From assembly GCF_030144855.1 (NCBI RefSeq), contig NC_082709.1, forward strand, positions 166,160,001-166,224,000: DNA of 64,000 nucleotides. The letters run 5' to 3'. This stretch comes from Hypanus sabinus (taxonomy: Eukaryota). Under the pieces are notes generated by a model. The model made no database searches, had not been told where the DNA came from, and saw only the letters and a program-made list of their open reading frames with translations. The position numbers and the translations under genes are program-made. Shown here in pieces: positions 36,416 to 49,421 of this stretch. Position 1 is the stretch's first letter. Each line of letters begins with the position of its first letter.

Positions 36416-37914
36416 GTGAGTAAAAGTGTGCCTCTTTCCTGATCTGTCAAGATTTTGAAATCGTTTTTATCTTTTCGCTGCTAAATTTAATCCAGTTGTC
36501 CGCCCAAAATGGAGCTTAAATGGCAGCACCTGCCTCACTGCTGGCTGCAGTTGGTTCATGTATTTTGGAACTGGATTGATGATCATCTACTTGAGAATGT
36601 GAAAAGACTCTTAGTTGATTAGTGATCGGTGTGAAATTACTTAAATTTGCCAGCAACAAATGAGATCTGTGGCACTAATAACCTGGATCTGTTTTGCTTC
36701 CTGTGTTCAACATGTAGCTTCCACGTCTGAATCTATCCTTGCAATGAGTATAAAAGTTCAAAGTAAATTTATTATAGTAGTACATTATGCCACCATATGC
36801 TTCACTAAGTTACATCTTCTTTCAAACTTTCACTGTAGAACAAGGAAATACAATAGAATCAATGAAAAACTGCACACAAGCAAAGACTGACAAACAACCA
36901 AAGTGCAAAAAAAGACAAATAAAATACATAATGTAATACAGAATTACATAATATAAACCCCTTGATGGTTTTACTTTAAATTCTGTGTAGTTGCCCATTA
37001 GATTTACCTGAGTCTTCATAAGCAAACTACTTTCAGCATTTTTGATGAATCTCATTATTTTATTGCCTTCCCATCATTAATTAACATTGGATTAGAAATC
37101 ACTCTGCGAAAGTTCTTGTATCATTGGCCAGTGCACATTTTGAAAACTCAGCCCGAACATATGTTAGAATGAGAAGGAGTCCAACAAATCTGTGGTGCTA
37201 GACAGAACAAAATTATGCCAGGGACCGTGTAGACAATAAATTGCTTATCTACAGGAGATCAGTATGGAGAGACCCAGAGCAGAGGTGCTTTGCTTTACTT
37301 TGAGGCCACTTGGCATGAGGTGGTTAATGCCACTTGAACTTCTATGTCCTAAAGGCAACTTCCAATATTTTTATAGAATGAGCAGAAAAAAAGAAACTTC
37401 AAGAAAATCCTTCCAGGTGCTCTTAATAAGATGTAGGAGCAGAATTAGGCCAACTAATTTGCTCTGTGATTCAATCATAGCTGATTTATTTCCCATCTTA
37501 ACCACATTCTCCTATCTCCTCCCAAAAATCTTTGTGCCCTTACTAATTGAACCTATCAACCTCCGCTTTAAATGACTTGGCCTCCTTTGCCATCAGTGGC
37601 AATGAATTCCACAGATTCACCACCCCTCTGGCTGAAGGGCTTTTAGCTGATTAGCAATTACTGTGAAGTTATTTAAATCTCTCAGCAACACATGAGATCT
37701 GTGGAGCTGATAATCTGGATCTGTTTTGCTTCCTCATCTCTGTTCTAAAGGAACTATTCTAAGGCTGTGGCCTCTGGTTCTAGACTTGCCCACTACTGGA
37801 AATATCCTCTCCACACCCTTTCAAGATGAATCTTTCAGTAGTTTCCTTTTAGCTCTGTATTCTACTTAGAAAATATTTTCTGCTATTTCATCCTCGTGAT
37901 CACAACTTAAGAAG

Positions 37915-38710
37915 ACAAAAGCAAGTGCAGTTGCTGGAATCTAGAACAAAGAATGCTGGAAGAACTCAGGGTCAAGCAGCACGTGTGGGGGCAAAAGGTG
38001 TAGGTGGACATTTTGGGTGAGGACTAAGGGAAGATGGAGGACTCAAACAGCAGTAAGCGGGGTGGGGGTTGGGTGGTTTGGCCCCTCTATAGCGGTATAT
38101 ATGGAATACCTGGTCCACTCCATGGGGCCACAGCACTGGTGAAACCAAGTGTAGACTAGGTGATCATTTTGTGGAGTGTCTGCACTCTGTCAGCAGTGGC
38201 CATCTTGAGCTTTTGGCTTTGTCTTTTTAAGCTCCCTTTCTACTCCCACCCTGACCTACTGGTCCTCAGCCTTCTCCAATACAATGGAAAAGCCCAACAC
38301 AAATTGGGGAAAAGAAGCATTTCATATTTAAATATAGAAAACCTACAGCACAATACAGGCCCCTTGGCCCACAAGGTTGTGCTGAACAAGGCCCTATCCT
38401 AGAAATCACTAGGCTTACCTATAGCCTATTTTTCTAAGCTCCATGTACCTATCCAAAAGTCTCCTAAAAGTGAGTTCTCCCGTGTACACTCAATTACACA
38501 AATAGTTTTCCTTTCCCTTTGTTCATCCGCTCCCCACTTGGCTTCACCTATCACCCACCATCCTCTCTCCACTCTCTTGCATCCTGCTATTTACTGGAAA
38601 TCTTTCCTGTTCCCTTTCGGGCCTGGTACAGGGATTTGTACCTTTTGCCTTCACTGCTGCTTCTTGACCCACTAAGTTCTTCCAGGGTTCTGTTTTTGAT
38701 TTCAATTTAA
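37915..38710. mobile_element. Degenerate Penelope-like element (inverted pLTR, GIY-YIG remnant) with a CR1 tail inserted at about 38335-38470
   Basis: GETKCRLGDHFVE at about 38138-38176 resembles the GIY-YIG region at 52107-52427. pLTR-like ends on both sides. Confidence 0.6.
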
Positions 38711-38951
38711 CCTGTGTACCTACGTGTTTAGGTATGATAATAGATAAAACAGGTTTCACAGTTAATCCTGACTCCTATGCTCCATAGTGCTGAGAAACAT
38801 ACTTAAGTGCCACCGAATTTTTTTCAAAGTTTCTCTATGCATTCCTGTTGCCTGTTTTCTTTCATAATTCTGTCAATTGACTTGGATTTTGTGAAGCAGT
38901 TGTTTTTGAAAATAGCTTCATTCTTAAGGTAATTCTGATGATGTTGTGCAG

Positions 38952-39077
38952 TGTCTTTGTTTCAGTGACGGTATTACAATTGCCTGCATGCCACCAAGTC
39001 AAGATCACAAGCGTTTATTAAATGGAGACCAGGGACCCAACACTGGAGGGATGGGAGCCTATTGTCCTGTTCCACAG
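38952..39077 (+). CDS. GART: GART exon 7 (CLCFSDG...[26 protein letters not shown])
   Basis: GARS signature QDHKR...[10 protein letters not shown]; 126 nt. Confidence 0.98.
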
Positions 39078-39271
39078 GTAGTTGCATTAGTTTTTTTAAA
39101 ATTGCTCTTTATTCATTTACCACAGTTTTGACAATTTGATTGCCCTTCTGAAATTGTGTTTTCTGTCATGTGCTACCAGAGCTCATACCAGAACCAGAAT
39201 CAGGTTTAATATATCGTGAAATTTGTTAACTTTATGACAGTAGTACAATGTGATACATGAAAAATAAGAAC

Positions 39272-39897
39272 AGGTAGTCCCCGAGTTACGAACATCCAAT
39301 TTACGAACAACTCATACTTATGAACTGAGGAAGGAGAACACCATTTTAAGTCAGATCACGATGCCGTCTGCATTTTTAGTCGGATCGTGACGCTGTCTGA
39401 CTTTTTAAGTTGTAGCCGTTGACACTGTGTTGAGTGTGTAACTTTGTATTTGGCTTAAATTTTTCTTAGCAAGATTCACCCTGACACCACCACCCCCCCC
39501 CCCCCCCCCCCCATTTTCCAGTCGGCTGGTGGCGCAGTGAGATCAGCGCCGGGGTCAAGAACGAAGGTCCCCAAGTTTAATCCAGTGACGGGCCGGGTTA
39601 ATGTCGAGCTCACAACTTCACAACTTGACCTTGTGGGAAAAAAAGCACTGCCACCTCCAGTTTAAATTCCCACGCAGAATATTGAGGAGGATCAAATACC
39701 CAAACCCAGCACAGGTCCCACTTGTCCCATTTAACCTGTCTCAGTGCGGTGGACTTTAGGACCCGGGGAATTCAATGCAGTGGTCCTTAGGACCCAGTGG
39801 AGCTCGAGAGCCGGCGGAGGTCGGGACCTGCTGTCCGCAATGTTTCTGTTCCATTGACGGAAAATGATCACGGTTGAAAATAAAGTGGAAATAACAA
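39272..39897 (+). mobile_element. 5' part of a Tigger/pogo transposon, truncated
   Basis: TIR-like caggtagtccccgagttacg; ends in KMITVENKVEIT, resembling an HTH-psq start. Contains a C20 tract and a tRNA-like SINE head at about 39520-39630. Confidence 0.6.
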
Positions 39898-40759
39898 ACC
39901 AAGTCTCCTCAAACTCCTAATGAAATATAGCTGTTGTTTTGCCTTCTTTATAGCTGCATCAATATGTTGCATCCAGGTTCGGTCCTCAGGGTATTGACAG
40001 TCAGGAACTTGAAATTGTTCACTCTCTCCACTTCTGTTCCCTCTGTGTTCCCAATGACCATAACAAATCCCTATGGTCGATGGTGATTATTGCCTGGATC
40101 AGGTGAAAGATTGAGAGGCCTTGGGAACCTCCATTTGGAGGTTCAGAAGGTTTGCAATCTGTAAGGGGTTCATTCCAGCCCTTAAACATTAGTAATCCCT
40201 GACTTCTGTGCTCCAATATTAAACTTCAGTGTTAAATCAAGGCTCATTACAATGATTTCAGTTCCAACTTGTTCTTTGCTGGGACTTTAAAATGAGAATG
40301 TGTTTCTCTCAGTTTTCAGTGCTTTACATCTGAGGATTGTTTTCATCAGATTCTCATACCCTGATTGCATCTTCAATGTTTAGGCCCTGTTATCAGATGA
40401 CCAACCTCTCTTGCTCATTGGAACCCCTAGGGCAGTTATAGTTCCATGGTCAGTCAGTAGCATTCAATCTCCTGGACCCTGATCATCCCTGAATTTACCA
40501 GTGGAAAGCTTCCAAACAAAATGTTCTGTGGTACCATTTACAAACACATTAGTGCACTTTTCACAGCAAAAATCAATTGCAGGTCTTTGTTTATTTTCCT
40601 TCTAAACTATTGCATAAATGGGTTGGTATTTCTTCTCAATTGCTTACACAAAATATTTACTATTGTACTTTGTTTTCAAAATTTACTCCTGTTCAAATGC
40701 AAGTGTCGAAGGATCTATCCTGTGGTGTATTAAAATCCAATACTGGAATTAACATGATT

Positions 40760-42390
40760 TCCTTACAGTAACTTGTAGTAATTCTTTATATCTTGCTCTG
40801 AACTGCTTCCACAAACATTAAATTTCATAACATATCCTCCTGATTTCCTCCTTAAGTGTTCTCTTGCGTTTCTTATACTCCATAAGCATCTCATTTGTTC
40901 CTATCTGCCTATACCTGCTATGCACCTGCTTTTTCTTAACCATAACTTCAATAGCGCTCAAAAACCTAGGTTACTGAAATCTGTTATCCTTGCCTTTTAT
41001 TCTGACAGCAACATACAAATTCTATACTCGCAAAATTTCACTTCTGAAGGCTTCCCATTTACCAAGTACATATTTGCTAGAAAACAAACTATCCTGTTCC
41101 TTATATGCAGTTCCCTTCTGATACCATCAAAACTGGCCTTTCTCCAATTTAGACTCTCTGCCTGAAATTCAGACCTATCCTTTTTCATAATTATTTTGAA
41201 ACAAATGGCATTATGGTGATTAGGTGCAAAGTATTCCTCTACACAAACCTCAGTCACCTAACCCATCTCATTTCCTTATAGAAGATGTAGTATTTCACTC
41301 TCTAGTTGGAACACATTTGACAGACTCTTTTCCATTCAACCCTTTTACAGCTTGGGAATCACAGTCAATATGTGGAAAGTTAAAATCATCTACTACCACA
41401 ACCTTGTGTTTCTTGCATCAGTCTGTAAATTCTGCAGGCTGTTGGGTGGCCTATAATATAATCTCAACAACGTTATCATATATTTCTTATTCCTCATTTA
41501 CCCATAAAGCCTCACTAGACAAGCTGTCCTGTCTGAGTACTGCTGTGACATTTTCCCTGATTAGTAATGCCATCCTTCCTCCTTTAAGCCCTCCCACTCT
41601 TATCATGACTGATGCAACAAACCCCGGAACATTGAGCTGCCAGTCCTGCCCCTCCTGCAACCAAGTCTCACTAATGGCTACAATGTCGTAATTCCATGTG
41701 CTGATCCATGCCCTAAGCTCATCAGCCTTTCCTTGACTACCTCTTGCATTGAAATATACACAGCTCAGAACATTTGTCCCACCATGCTCAACCTTTTGAT
41801 TCCTGTCTTTGTCTGAGGTCTTAGCAACATCTACCTCCACAGCCTCCACTAACTGTTCTGGCGCTCAAGTTCTCATCCCCCTGCAACTCTAGTTTAAACC
41901 CCTCCCTGGAGCAGTAGCAAACCTTTGTGATAGGATATTAGTTACCCTCCAGTTCAGGTGCAAAATGTCCCTTCTTTACAGGTCCCACCTTCCCGAAAGG
42001 TGAGCCCAATGATCCAAGAATTTGTAGCCCTTCCTCTTATACTATTTCCTTAGTCATGTGTTACACAGTATGATCTTCATATTTCTGGCCTCACTGGCAC
42101 ATGGCACGGGTAGCAGTCCTGAGATTACAACCCTGGAGGTCCTGTCCTTTAAGCTAGCACCTAACTCTCTGAACTGAATTTCCAGGACCCCTCCTACCCA
42201 TGTCATTGGTACCAATGTGGGCCACAGCCTCTCACCTTCCCTCTTAAGAATGCTGTGGACTCGATCCGAGATGTCTTCGACCCTGATAGCCGGGAGGCAA
42301 CATACCATCCGGGAATCTCATTCTCATCCACAGACCCTGCTTTTTGCTCCCATAACCAATGACTCCCCTATCACAATAACACACAATCCG
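40760..42390 (-). mobile_element. CR1 LINE internal fragment: ORF1 esterase plus APE endonuclease
   Basis: VCCLP...VVISGLLPVP (SGNH-like ORF1); YFNARG...YDIVAISETWL (APE). Confidence 0.85.
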
Positions 42391-43143
42391 ATGTCTCCTC
42401 GAGAGCAGTGGCACACAACATGAGTCAGCTGCCTGTGTGGCTTTTTCTAAACTCTCTCTACCTCTATGCAAGTCATAGTCTCCTTAGGAACTATGTGTGC
42501 AAAATAAAATCTTCAATACTTTGAATCTGACATAATTTCAATGAATTATGTATTTACAGTGAGAACAGAAGACAATTTTGAGTACACCAATATCCCAATT
42601 AGTAACAGAGCACATTTGCCTGTGATCATGTTGGATTAAGAGACAAAATTAGTCTGTAAGTTTTCCTGAACTCAGTCACAGTTACGCAAAGTAACTTAGC
42701 TGGTGTCTAAAGCTCGGTTTCATGTAAGTCAGTGAACAGCTTCATTGTCTTATGTTTGACAGATGTATTCAGATGCAGATCACATTCTCTAGAGTAGCCT
42801 TTGCTCTGTTGACAGCAGTGTTTGTTAACAGAACTGTCCTGTTAATTTAAAACTGATTACAGCTTGCAATTTACATTAGAATACATTTTTCCCTGAAGAT
42901 GGGTTCTTATTTGAAGCATTGTCTGCTATACCCACGTAATTCCATAACTTCTGAATCTGTAACACTGCACACCATTGATTATATTGAGACTTCTTTGACA
43001 TAATAGTTTAAAGGGACATCTTGGACTAACAGTTTTGGGGTTATTATTTATATGTGGATTATTAAGCCAGGAGTTGACCTGCTTCATATCATTTCTCACA
43101 TTTACATTGCTTATTTGTTTTGTTTTTGATTGTGGCTTCCTAG

Positions 43144-43231
43144 GTTTCAAAAAACAAGCTTCAGAATATCAGGGAAAATATTCTCCAGAAAACAATTGAT
43201 GGCATGAGACGAGAAGGAATCCCTTACACTG
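43144..43231 (+). CDS. GART: GART exon 8 (VSKNKLQNIRENILQKTIDGMRREGIPYT)
   Basis: cctag|...g|gtgagt; 88 nt, in frame. Confidence 0.95.
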
Positions 43232-43312
43232 GTGAGTGGTGCTGTTCGTGGTTGGCAGGGATCGCCCAAGTTCAAGTATATTGACTGGCTACATCATGGC
43301 TTGGTATGATAT

Positions 43313-45040
43313 ACCATAAGATATAAGAGCAGAATTATGCCATTTGGCCCATCAAGTATGTTCTACCTTTTCACCTTGGCTGATGCAATTTTCCTCAGGG
43401 GCCCAATCTTCTGCCTTCTCCCTGTATCCCTTTATTCCCTGACCAATCAAGAACCTATCATCCTCTGCCTTAAATATACATAAGGACTTGGCCTCCACAG
43501 CTGCCTGTGGTAAAGAATTCCACAGGTTCACTACTCTGGCTAAAGAAATTCCTCCTTATCTCTGTTCTGAAATAATACCCCTCTATTCTGAAGCTTTATC
43601 CTTTGGTCTTTGACTCTCCCAGCACAGGAAACATTCTTTTCACAGCCACTCTATCAAGGCCTTTCACATTCGATAGGTTTCAATGAAGTCGCCCCTAAAA
43701 CTTCTGAATTCTAGTGTATACAGGCCCCGAACCATCACTCTTCATATAACAAGCCGTTCAATCCTGGAATAATTTCTGTGAAACTCCTTTGAACCCTGCA
43801 CATCGTTTCTGCACATCGTTTCTAAGATAAGGGGCCCAAAACTGCTCTCAATACTCCCAAGAGAGGCCTCACCAATGCTTTATAAAGTCTCAACATTACA
43901 ATTTTACTTTTGTATTCTAGTCCACCTGAATTGAATGCTAGCATTGCATTTGCCTTCCTCACCACAGACTCAACCTGCAAATTACTAGTCTCTTTGCACC
44001 TGTTTTTTGTGTTTTCTCTCCATTTAGAAAAAAAACAACCCTTTCATTTCTTTAACAGAGTGCATGACCATACACTTCCAGACACTATATTCCATTTGCC
44101 ATATCTTTGCCCATCCTTTGAATCTATGTCCTTCTGTAGCCTCTCTACTTCCTCAAAGCTACATGCCCCTCCCCATCTTCATATCATCTGCAAACTGTAA
44201 CAAAGCCATCAATTCCATCCAAATCATTGACGTATAATGTAAACAGAGGTGGTCCCACACAGACTCCTGTGGAACACCACTGGTTACTGCCAGCCAGCCA
44301 GCCAGAAAAGGCTCCTTTATTCCCACTCTTTGCGTCCTGCCAATCAGCCACTGCTTTATCCATGTTAGAAACCTTCCTGTGTTACCATGGGCTTGTAACT
44401 TGTTAAGCAGCCTCACATGTGGCACCTTGTCAAAGGCTTTCAGAAAATCCAAGTGCACATCAACTGATTCTCCTTTGTCTATCCTACTTGTTATGTCTTC
44501 AAAGAATTCCAACAGATTTCTCAGGCAAGATATTCCCTTGAGGAAACCATGCCTATTTTATTATGCACCTCCAAGTACTCTGAGATCTCATCCTTACTAA
44601 TTGACTCCAACATCTTCCCAGTCACTGAGGTCAGACTAGCTGGCCTATATAGTTTCCTTTCTTCTGCCTCTCTCCACCCAAGTTTTTGCAGTTTTCCAGT
44701 TTTCCAAAACCATTCCAGAATCTAGTGATTCTTGAAAGATAATGTCTCCACAATCTCTTTAGTCATCTCTTTCACAACTCTGGGATGTACACCATCTGGT
44801 CCAGTTGACTTATCTACCTTCAGACCTTTCAGTTTCGCAAGAACCTTCTCTCTAGAAATGGTAACTTCACACACTTCATGACCACTGACACCTGGAGCTT
44901 CCACCATACTGTTAGCATCTTCCACAGTGAAGACTGATGCAATATACTTATTCAGTTTGTGCCCCATTACTATCTCTCCAGCATTGTTTTAGAGCAGTCC
45001 AATATCCACTCGCGGTTACCCTTTCCACTTTATGTATCTG
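43313..45040 (-). mobile_element. CR1 LINE RT plus 3' UTR (decayed)
   Basis: Reads LKVDKSTGPDGVHPRV, LDFLKAFDKVPH, VTSGVPQ, FADD. Confidence 0.9.
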
Positions 45041-45049
45041 AAACATAAT

Positions 45050-45545
45050 GAAACACCAATGCCTTGAATGGAAAATCCTACAAAAGTTAGTGGATATGCC
45101 CAATCCATCATGGGTAAAGGTCTCCCCACCTTTGAGCACATCTTTATGAAACTCTATTGCAGGAAAGTAGCATCCATTATCAGGAACCCCCACCATTTCA
45201 GATCATGCTCTCTTCTTGCTGTTGCCATCAGGAAGGAGGTACAAGAGCCTCAGGAGTCACACCACCAGGTTCAGGAAGAGTTATTATCTCTCAATCTTAA
45301 GGTTCTTGAACCAGAAGGGATAAATTCACTCAATTTCACTCAACCCAACACTGAACTGTTCCAACAACTTATGGGCTCACTTTCCAGGACTTTTCATCTC
45401 GTATTCTCCATATTTGTTGCTTATTTATTATTATTACTATTTTGTTTATTTTTTTTCTTTGTATTTGTTGTGAATGCCCATAGGAAAATGAATCTCTGCG
45501 TTGGATATGGTGATATGTACTTTGATAGTAGATTTACTTTGCACT
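45050..45545 (+). mobile_element. Rex1/Babar-type LINE 3' end
   Basis: Homologous to 4060-4580 and 15885-16346. Confidence 0.75.
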
Positions 45546-46530
45546 AATTGGAACAGCAAGTGATAACACTTCTCTTTGTATCATGAGTTAATCGGATCTT
45601 AATTTATTTTGCTTCTGTGCTGAGTTACTGATCTCGTATCACCAGGTACTACTCTTGGCTGCAGTGTTCTCTGAGCTAGATCAAGGAAAATCAGCCAGTA
45701 CTCCCATTACTGCTGCACATGGTGGGTGCCCCTGAAACCATTCAGACATTAAACATAACTTGCAGTAATCACATAGAGCATTACAGCACAGCACAGTACA
45801 GGCCCTTCGGGTGCTCCGTATCACAGCACTTTCTATCAAATTGAGTGTTAACTTCAAGGGATTTATTCATGTGGATCAAATAATCCCTTGGTCCCTTCAC
45901 ACAGCTACGAATCCTACCGTTAATAATGTATTCTTCCTTCAAATTCCATCTTCCAAAGTGAATCCTACTCTCTATCAACTTGACTGGCAGCTTTGAGGGA
46001 TCTGTTTGCATGGACCACAAGATCCCTGTTCCTCCACACAGCTAAGAATCCTGCATTAATCCTGTATTCTGCCTTCAAATGTAACCTTCCAAAGTGAATC
46101 ATTTCACTCTTTTCTAGATTGAGCTCTGTCTGTCCCTTCTCCGTTCTGTTTTGCATCTTATCTATCTCCACTGGTAACCCTTGACAACCTTCTACACAAT
46201 TCACAACATCACCAACATTCGTATTATCTTAATTGAAAACTAAAACAGAACTGTGTGAACCAGAACCAAATCTGTCATGTGGTAGTGAACTCTTTTGAAC
46301 TCACTTTGAACTATAACAATGGAGGATCGATCTGTATTGTTAATTTGGTAGCGTAATGCCTCTTGGGCTTCGTTTTATAAAGATTTCAATTTTCCAAAAT
46401 GTTTCAACTGCGTAAATGTTAACAAGCATTCCTCCTTCAAGCAGTACCTGCACTTTCTTCATAGAAGACTTCAGTAATGAAGATCTGAGATGAAGACGTA
46501 CCAATTTTATTTAACTAAGACAATTGCTGA

Positions 46531-46701
<171 letters not shown>

Positions 46702-46758
46702 TAAATTAAAATGTGGAATGTGGTCAATATATGTTTTCTCTTATGTTTTGTGTTTTAG

Positions 46759-46927
46759 GTCATTCTTCCTTTATTAAGTAGTGATTTATATGAGCTGATA
46801 CAAGCGACATTGGATGGCAAGCTCTCTAAAGCCATGCCTTCTTGGTTGGAAGCCAACACTGCGGTGACTGTGGTTATGGCCAGTGGTGGATATCCAGGTT
46901 GCTACTCAAAAGGCCATGAGATCACAG
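46759..46927 (+). CDS. GART: GART exon 10 (VILPLLSSDLY...VVMASGGYPG...EIT)
   Basis: In frame with canonical sites; 169 nt. Confidence 0.97.
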
Positions 46928-47232
46928 GTAAAACCTAAACTACAAAGTAATACATGAAGTGTTGTGTCACCCTCCCTTCCCCCTTTCGCTCATTTCAGCT
47001 ATGACATTACAGCTTGTTTGTGGTCTGAACTGGAGAGAATATTCTATGAATAATATGGAACAAAGTCAACTAGATGTTATGTACTTGGTACTTAAAATAT
47101 ACATTTGATATTGGTGCATTCAATCTACTGTTCAAAAGGTTTGGTACTAACCGCTAAATCAGCCTGTTTCTGTTTTTAGTTAATGAGATACCCAAAAGAT
47201 TTTTTCAAGTTTCAATTGTCACTTCAACTAGT

Positions 47233-47383
47233 CCTAAACACAAGAGATTCTGTGGATGCTGGAAATCCATAGTAACACAGAAAAATTGCTGGAGGAACTC
47301 AGCAGGCCAGGCAGTGTCAATGGAAATGAATAAATAGTTGAAGTTTCATCAGTTCTGATGAAGGGTCTCAGCCCGAAACGTCG
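47233..47383. mobile_element. Penelope pseudo-LTR insertion with inverted segment
   Basis: Minus-orientation pLTR arm followed by a plus-orientation hammerhead. TSD acttcaactagt / acttcaacttgt (47221-47232, 47384-47395). Confidence 0.8.
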
Positions 47384-47386
47384 ACT
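47351..47386 (+). ncRNA. Minimal type I hammerhead ribozyme (Penelope-type), apparently intact
   Basis: AGUU-CUGAUGA-A-GGGU(CUCA)GCCC-GAAAC-GUC^-GACU. Stem I AGUU/GACU, stem II 4 bp, palindromic ACGU stem III; predicted cleavage after 47382. Confidence 0.75.
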
Positions 47387-48841
47387 TCAACTTGTATTTC
47401 AGGCTTTGATTGCTATCTGGTTAAAGATCCACTGATGCCTTGATTTAGCCCTTTATTTTATGTTTATTTTAAGATCTGTCTTAATTGTGGCTGCTTTCTG
47501 GATAAATGTGACCAAAGAGAGAGATGGCAGCAGGAAATGAAAACATCACAGATCAGTTTCCTTTAAACACCTCGGTGCCTTCTGCAACATCTGTCCAATT
47601 ATTGCGCTGTAGTTGGTGTGATGAATTGAAGCACACAAACCATGATCACTCAGCACAATTTACCAATCCTGGTTACTGTCTTTCTTCTCTATTCCTGAGT
47701 GAAAGAGTAGCAGAATTAACTCTTCTTGACTTGTACCCAGTCATCTGATTGGGAGAGTGCTATTTATCCCACCCAGTCATCTGACTGGGACTGTCCAGTG
47801 TGTCCTATCACCGGCTCTCCATAAAACTGTGCCAAATGTATGTGGGCTTTCTCTGCACTTCGCTCAGTCATTAAACTACAGCTTGCTGATCAACCCAGCT
47901 TCATTTCCAACAAAACCTCAGTTTGAAGGTGTTGGTTGTTATTTTTAGACCCTCCAAAGGAGTAGCACAACCTCTCTTTAAATCTACAACCTCTTCCAAA
48001 AATGCAGCCTTTCAGATTTATTTGATTTTGGCCTCTATGCTTCTTTGAATTTGTCTGCCCAGTGCTTGACTTTCACTGCAGCTGTTATACTTTATGCTGC
48101 ATTCGGTTATTGTTTTACCTTGTTCTACCTCAATGCTCTGTGTAATGATTTGATCTGTATGAACAATGTGGAAGACAAGCTTTTCACTGGAGCTCTGTGC
48201 ATGTGACAATAATAAACCAATACCAATTTACATTCCAATCTTTTAATTGACTTGGTCCTAACCTCTTGGAACTCTCCAAATCTCTGTTATTCTGCCTCTT
48301 AAAATACTCTTTTTAAAACTATCTTAATGTCTACGACTTTGATCATCAATCCTGTTGTTTTAGCTGAAATACTTGCATATTCCTGATAAACAATTTAGGT
48401 TATTCATTGTATTGAAGGTGCATTGCTATATGGACAATGACTCTTTAATCCAGAAGCAAAAGACCGGAAATCTAAATAATGCAAGTACTCAAACTTAACA
48501 GGCCAGGCAGTGTCTGTAGGGATAGTGTGCAAATTAACATTTCAACATTGTCCCGTCGTCATCTATGATATTTGTACATTCTCAAAGTGCTCTGGTTTCC
48601 TCTCATAATACAAAGACGTACGTGTTAGAGGAGTTAATTCGTCACATGGGTGTATTAGTTCATGGGATGGAAGGGCCTATTAACATAATCTTTAAATAAT
48701 ACAGTACTGTGCAAAAGTCTTAGGTCTTACAGACTTATGCACTGTACTGCTGCCGAAAAAGAACTTGGTTATGACACAAGGAGTATTTGAGGAGAGTGGC
48801 TACATTGTGGTAAATCAGTCTAAATTGTTTTTATTTCTAAG

Positions 48842-49073
48842 GTTTATCACTTGCAAAGGATCTGGGCCTACAAGTGTTCCATGCAGGTACTGCACTAAAG
48901 GATGGCAAGGTGGTGACAAATGGTGGTCGAGTTCTTACGGTAACTGCAATCAATAAGGACCTGATCACTGCGGTAAAGGAAGCCAATAAAGGGGTAGAAA
49001 CTATTCAGTTCCAAGACGCTGTTTACAGAAATGATATTGCACATCAAGCCATTGCATTCATAAAACAATCCAG
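48842..49073 (+). CDS. GART: GART exon 11 (last GARS-domain exon; VFHAGT...TNGGRVL...YRNDIA)
   Basis: GARS C-terminal motifs; aag|...ag|gtttgt; 232 nt. Confidence 0.97.
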
Positions 49074-49096
49074 GTTTGTGATTATATGCAAATAAA
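49074..49096 (+). terminator. Candidate intronic stop plus polyadenylation signal for a monofunctional GARS mRNA
   Basis: Read-through of the donor gives R-F-V-I-I-C-K-TAA (49093-49095), overlapping AATAAA at 49091-49096. Confidence 0.6.
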
Positions 49097-49421
49097 TATT
49101 TACTTAGTTCATAGCGTGTACTTCACGTTGGATGAGGGAAATATTTGCTCTGTTAAATGTACCGAAGTTATTTTCAGTTTGGCACAGCTTATTGTGGTGC
49201 ACAGAAATTTAAATCTATTTGAATTCCTAAGCAGCATGGTCTCAGAGAAATGGAATGAAAATATAGCAAAAATTACAAGAAGGTTCAGGATGGGAAACAG
49301 TTTCTTCCCTCAGGCCATTAGGCTACTGAATTCCCAGCTGCATCATATTTGAAGTGTCACTGGTTAGTCTGTTCCATACCTGACAATATTTAATTTATGC
49401 ACTTTAGTTTGTTATTTTGTA

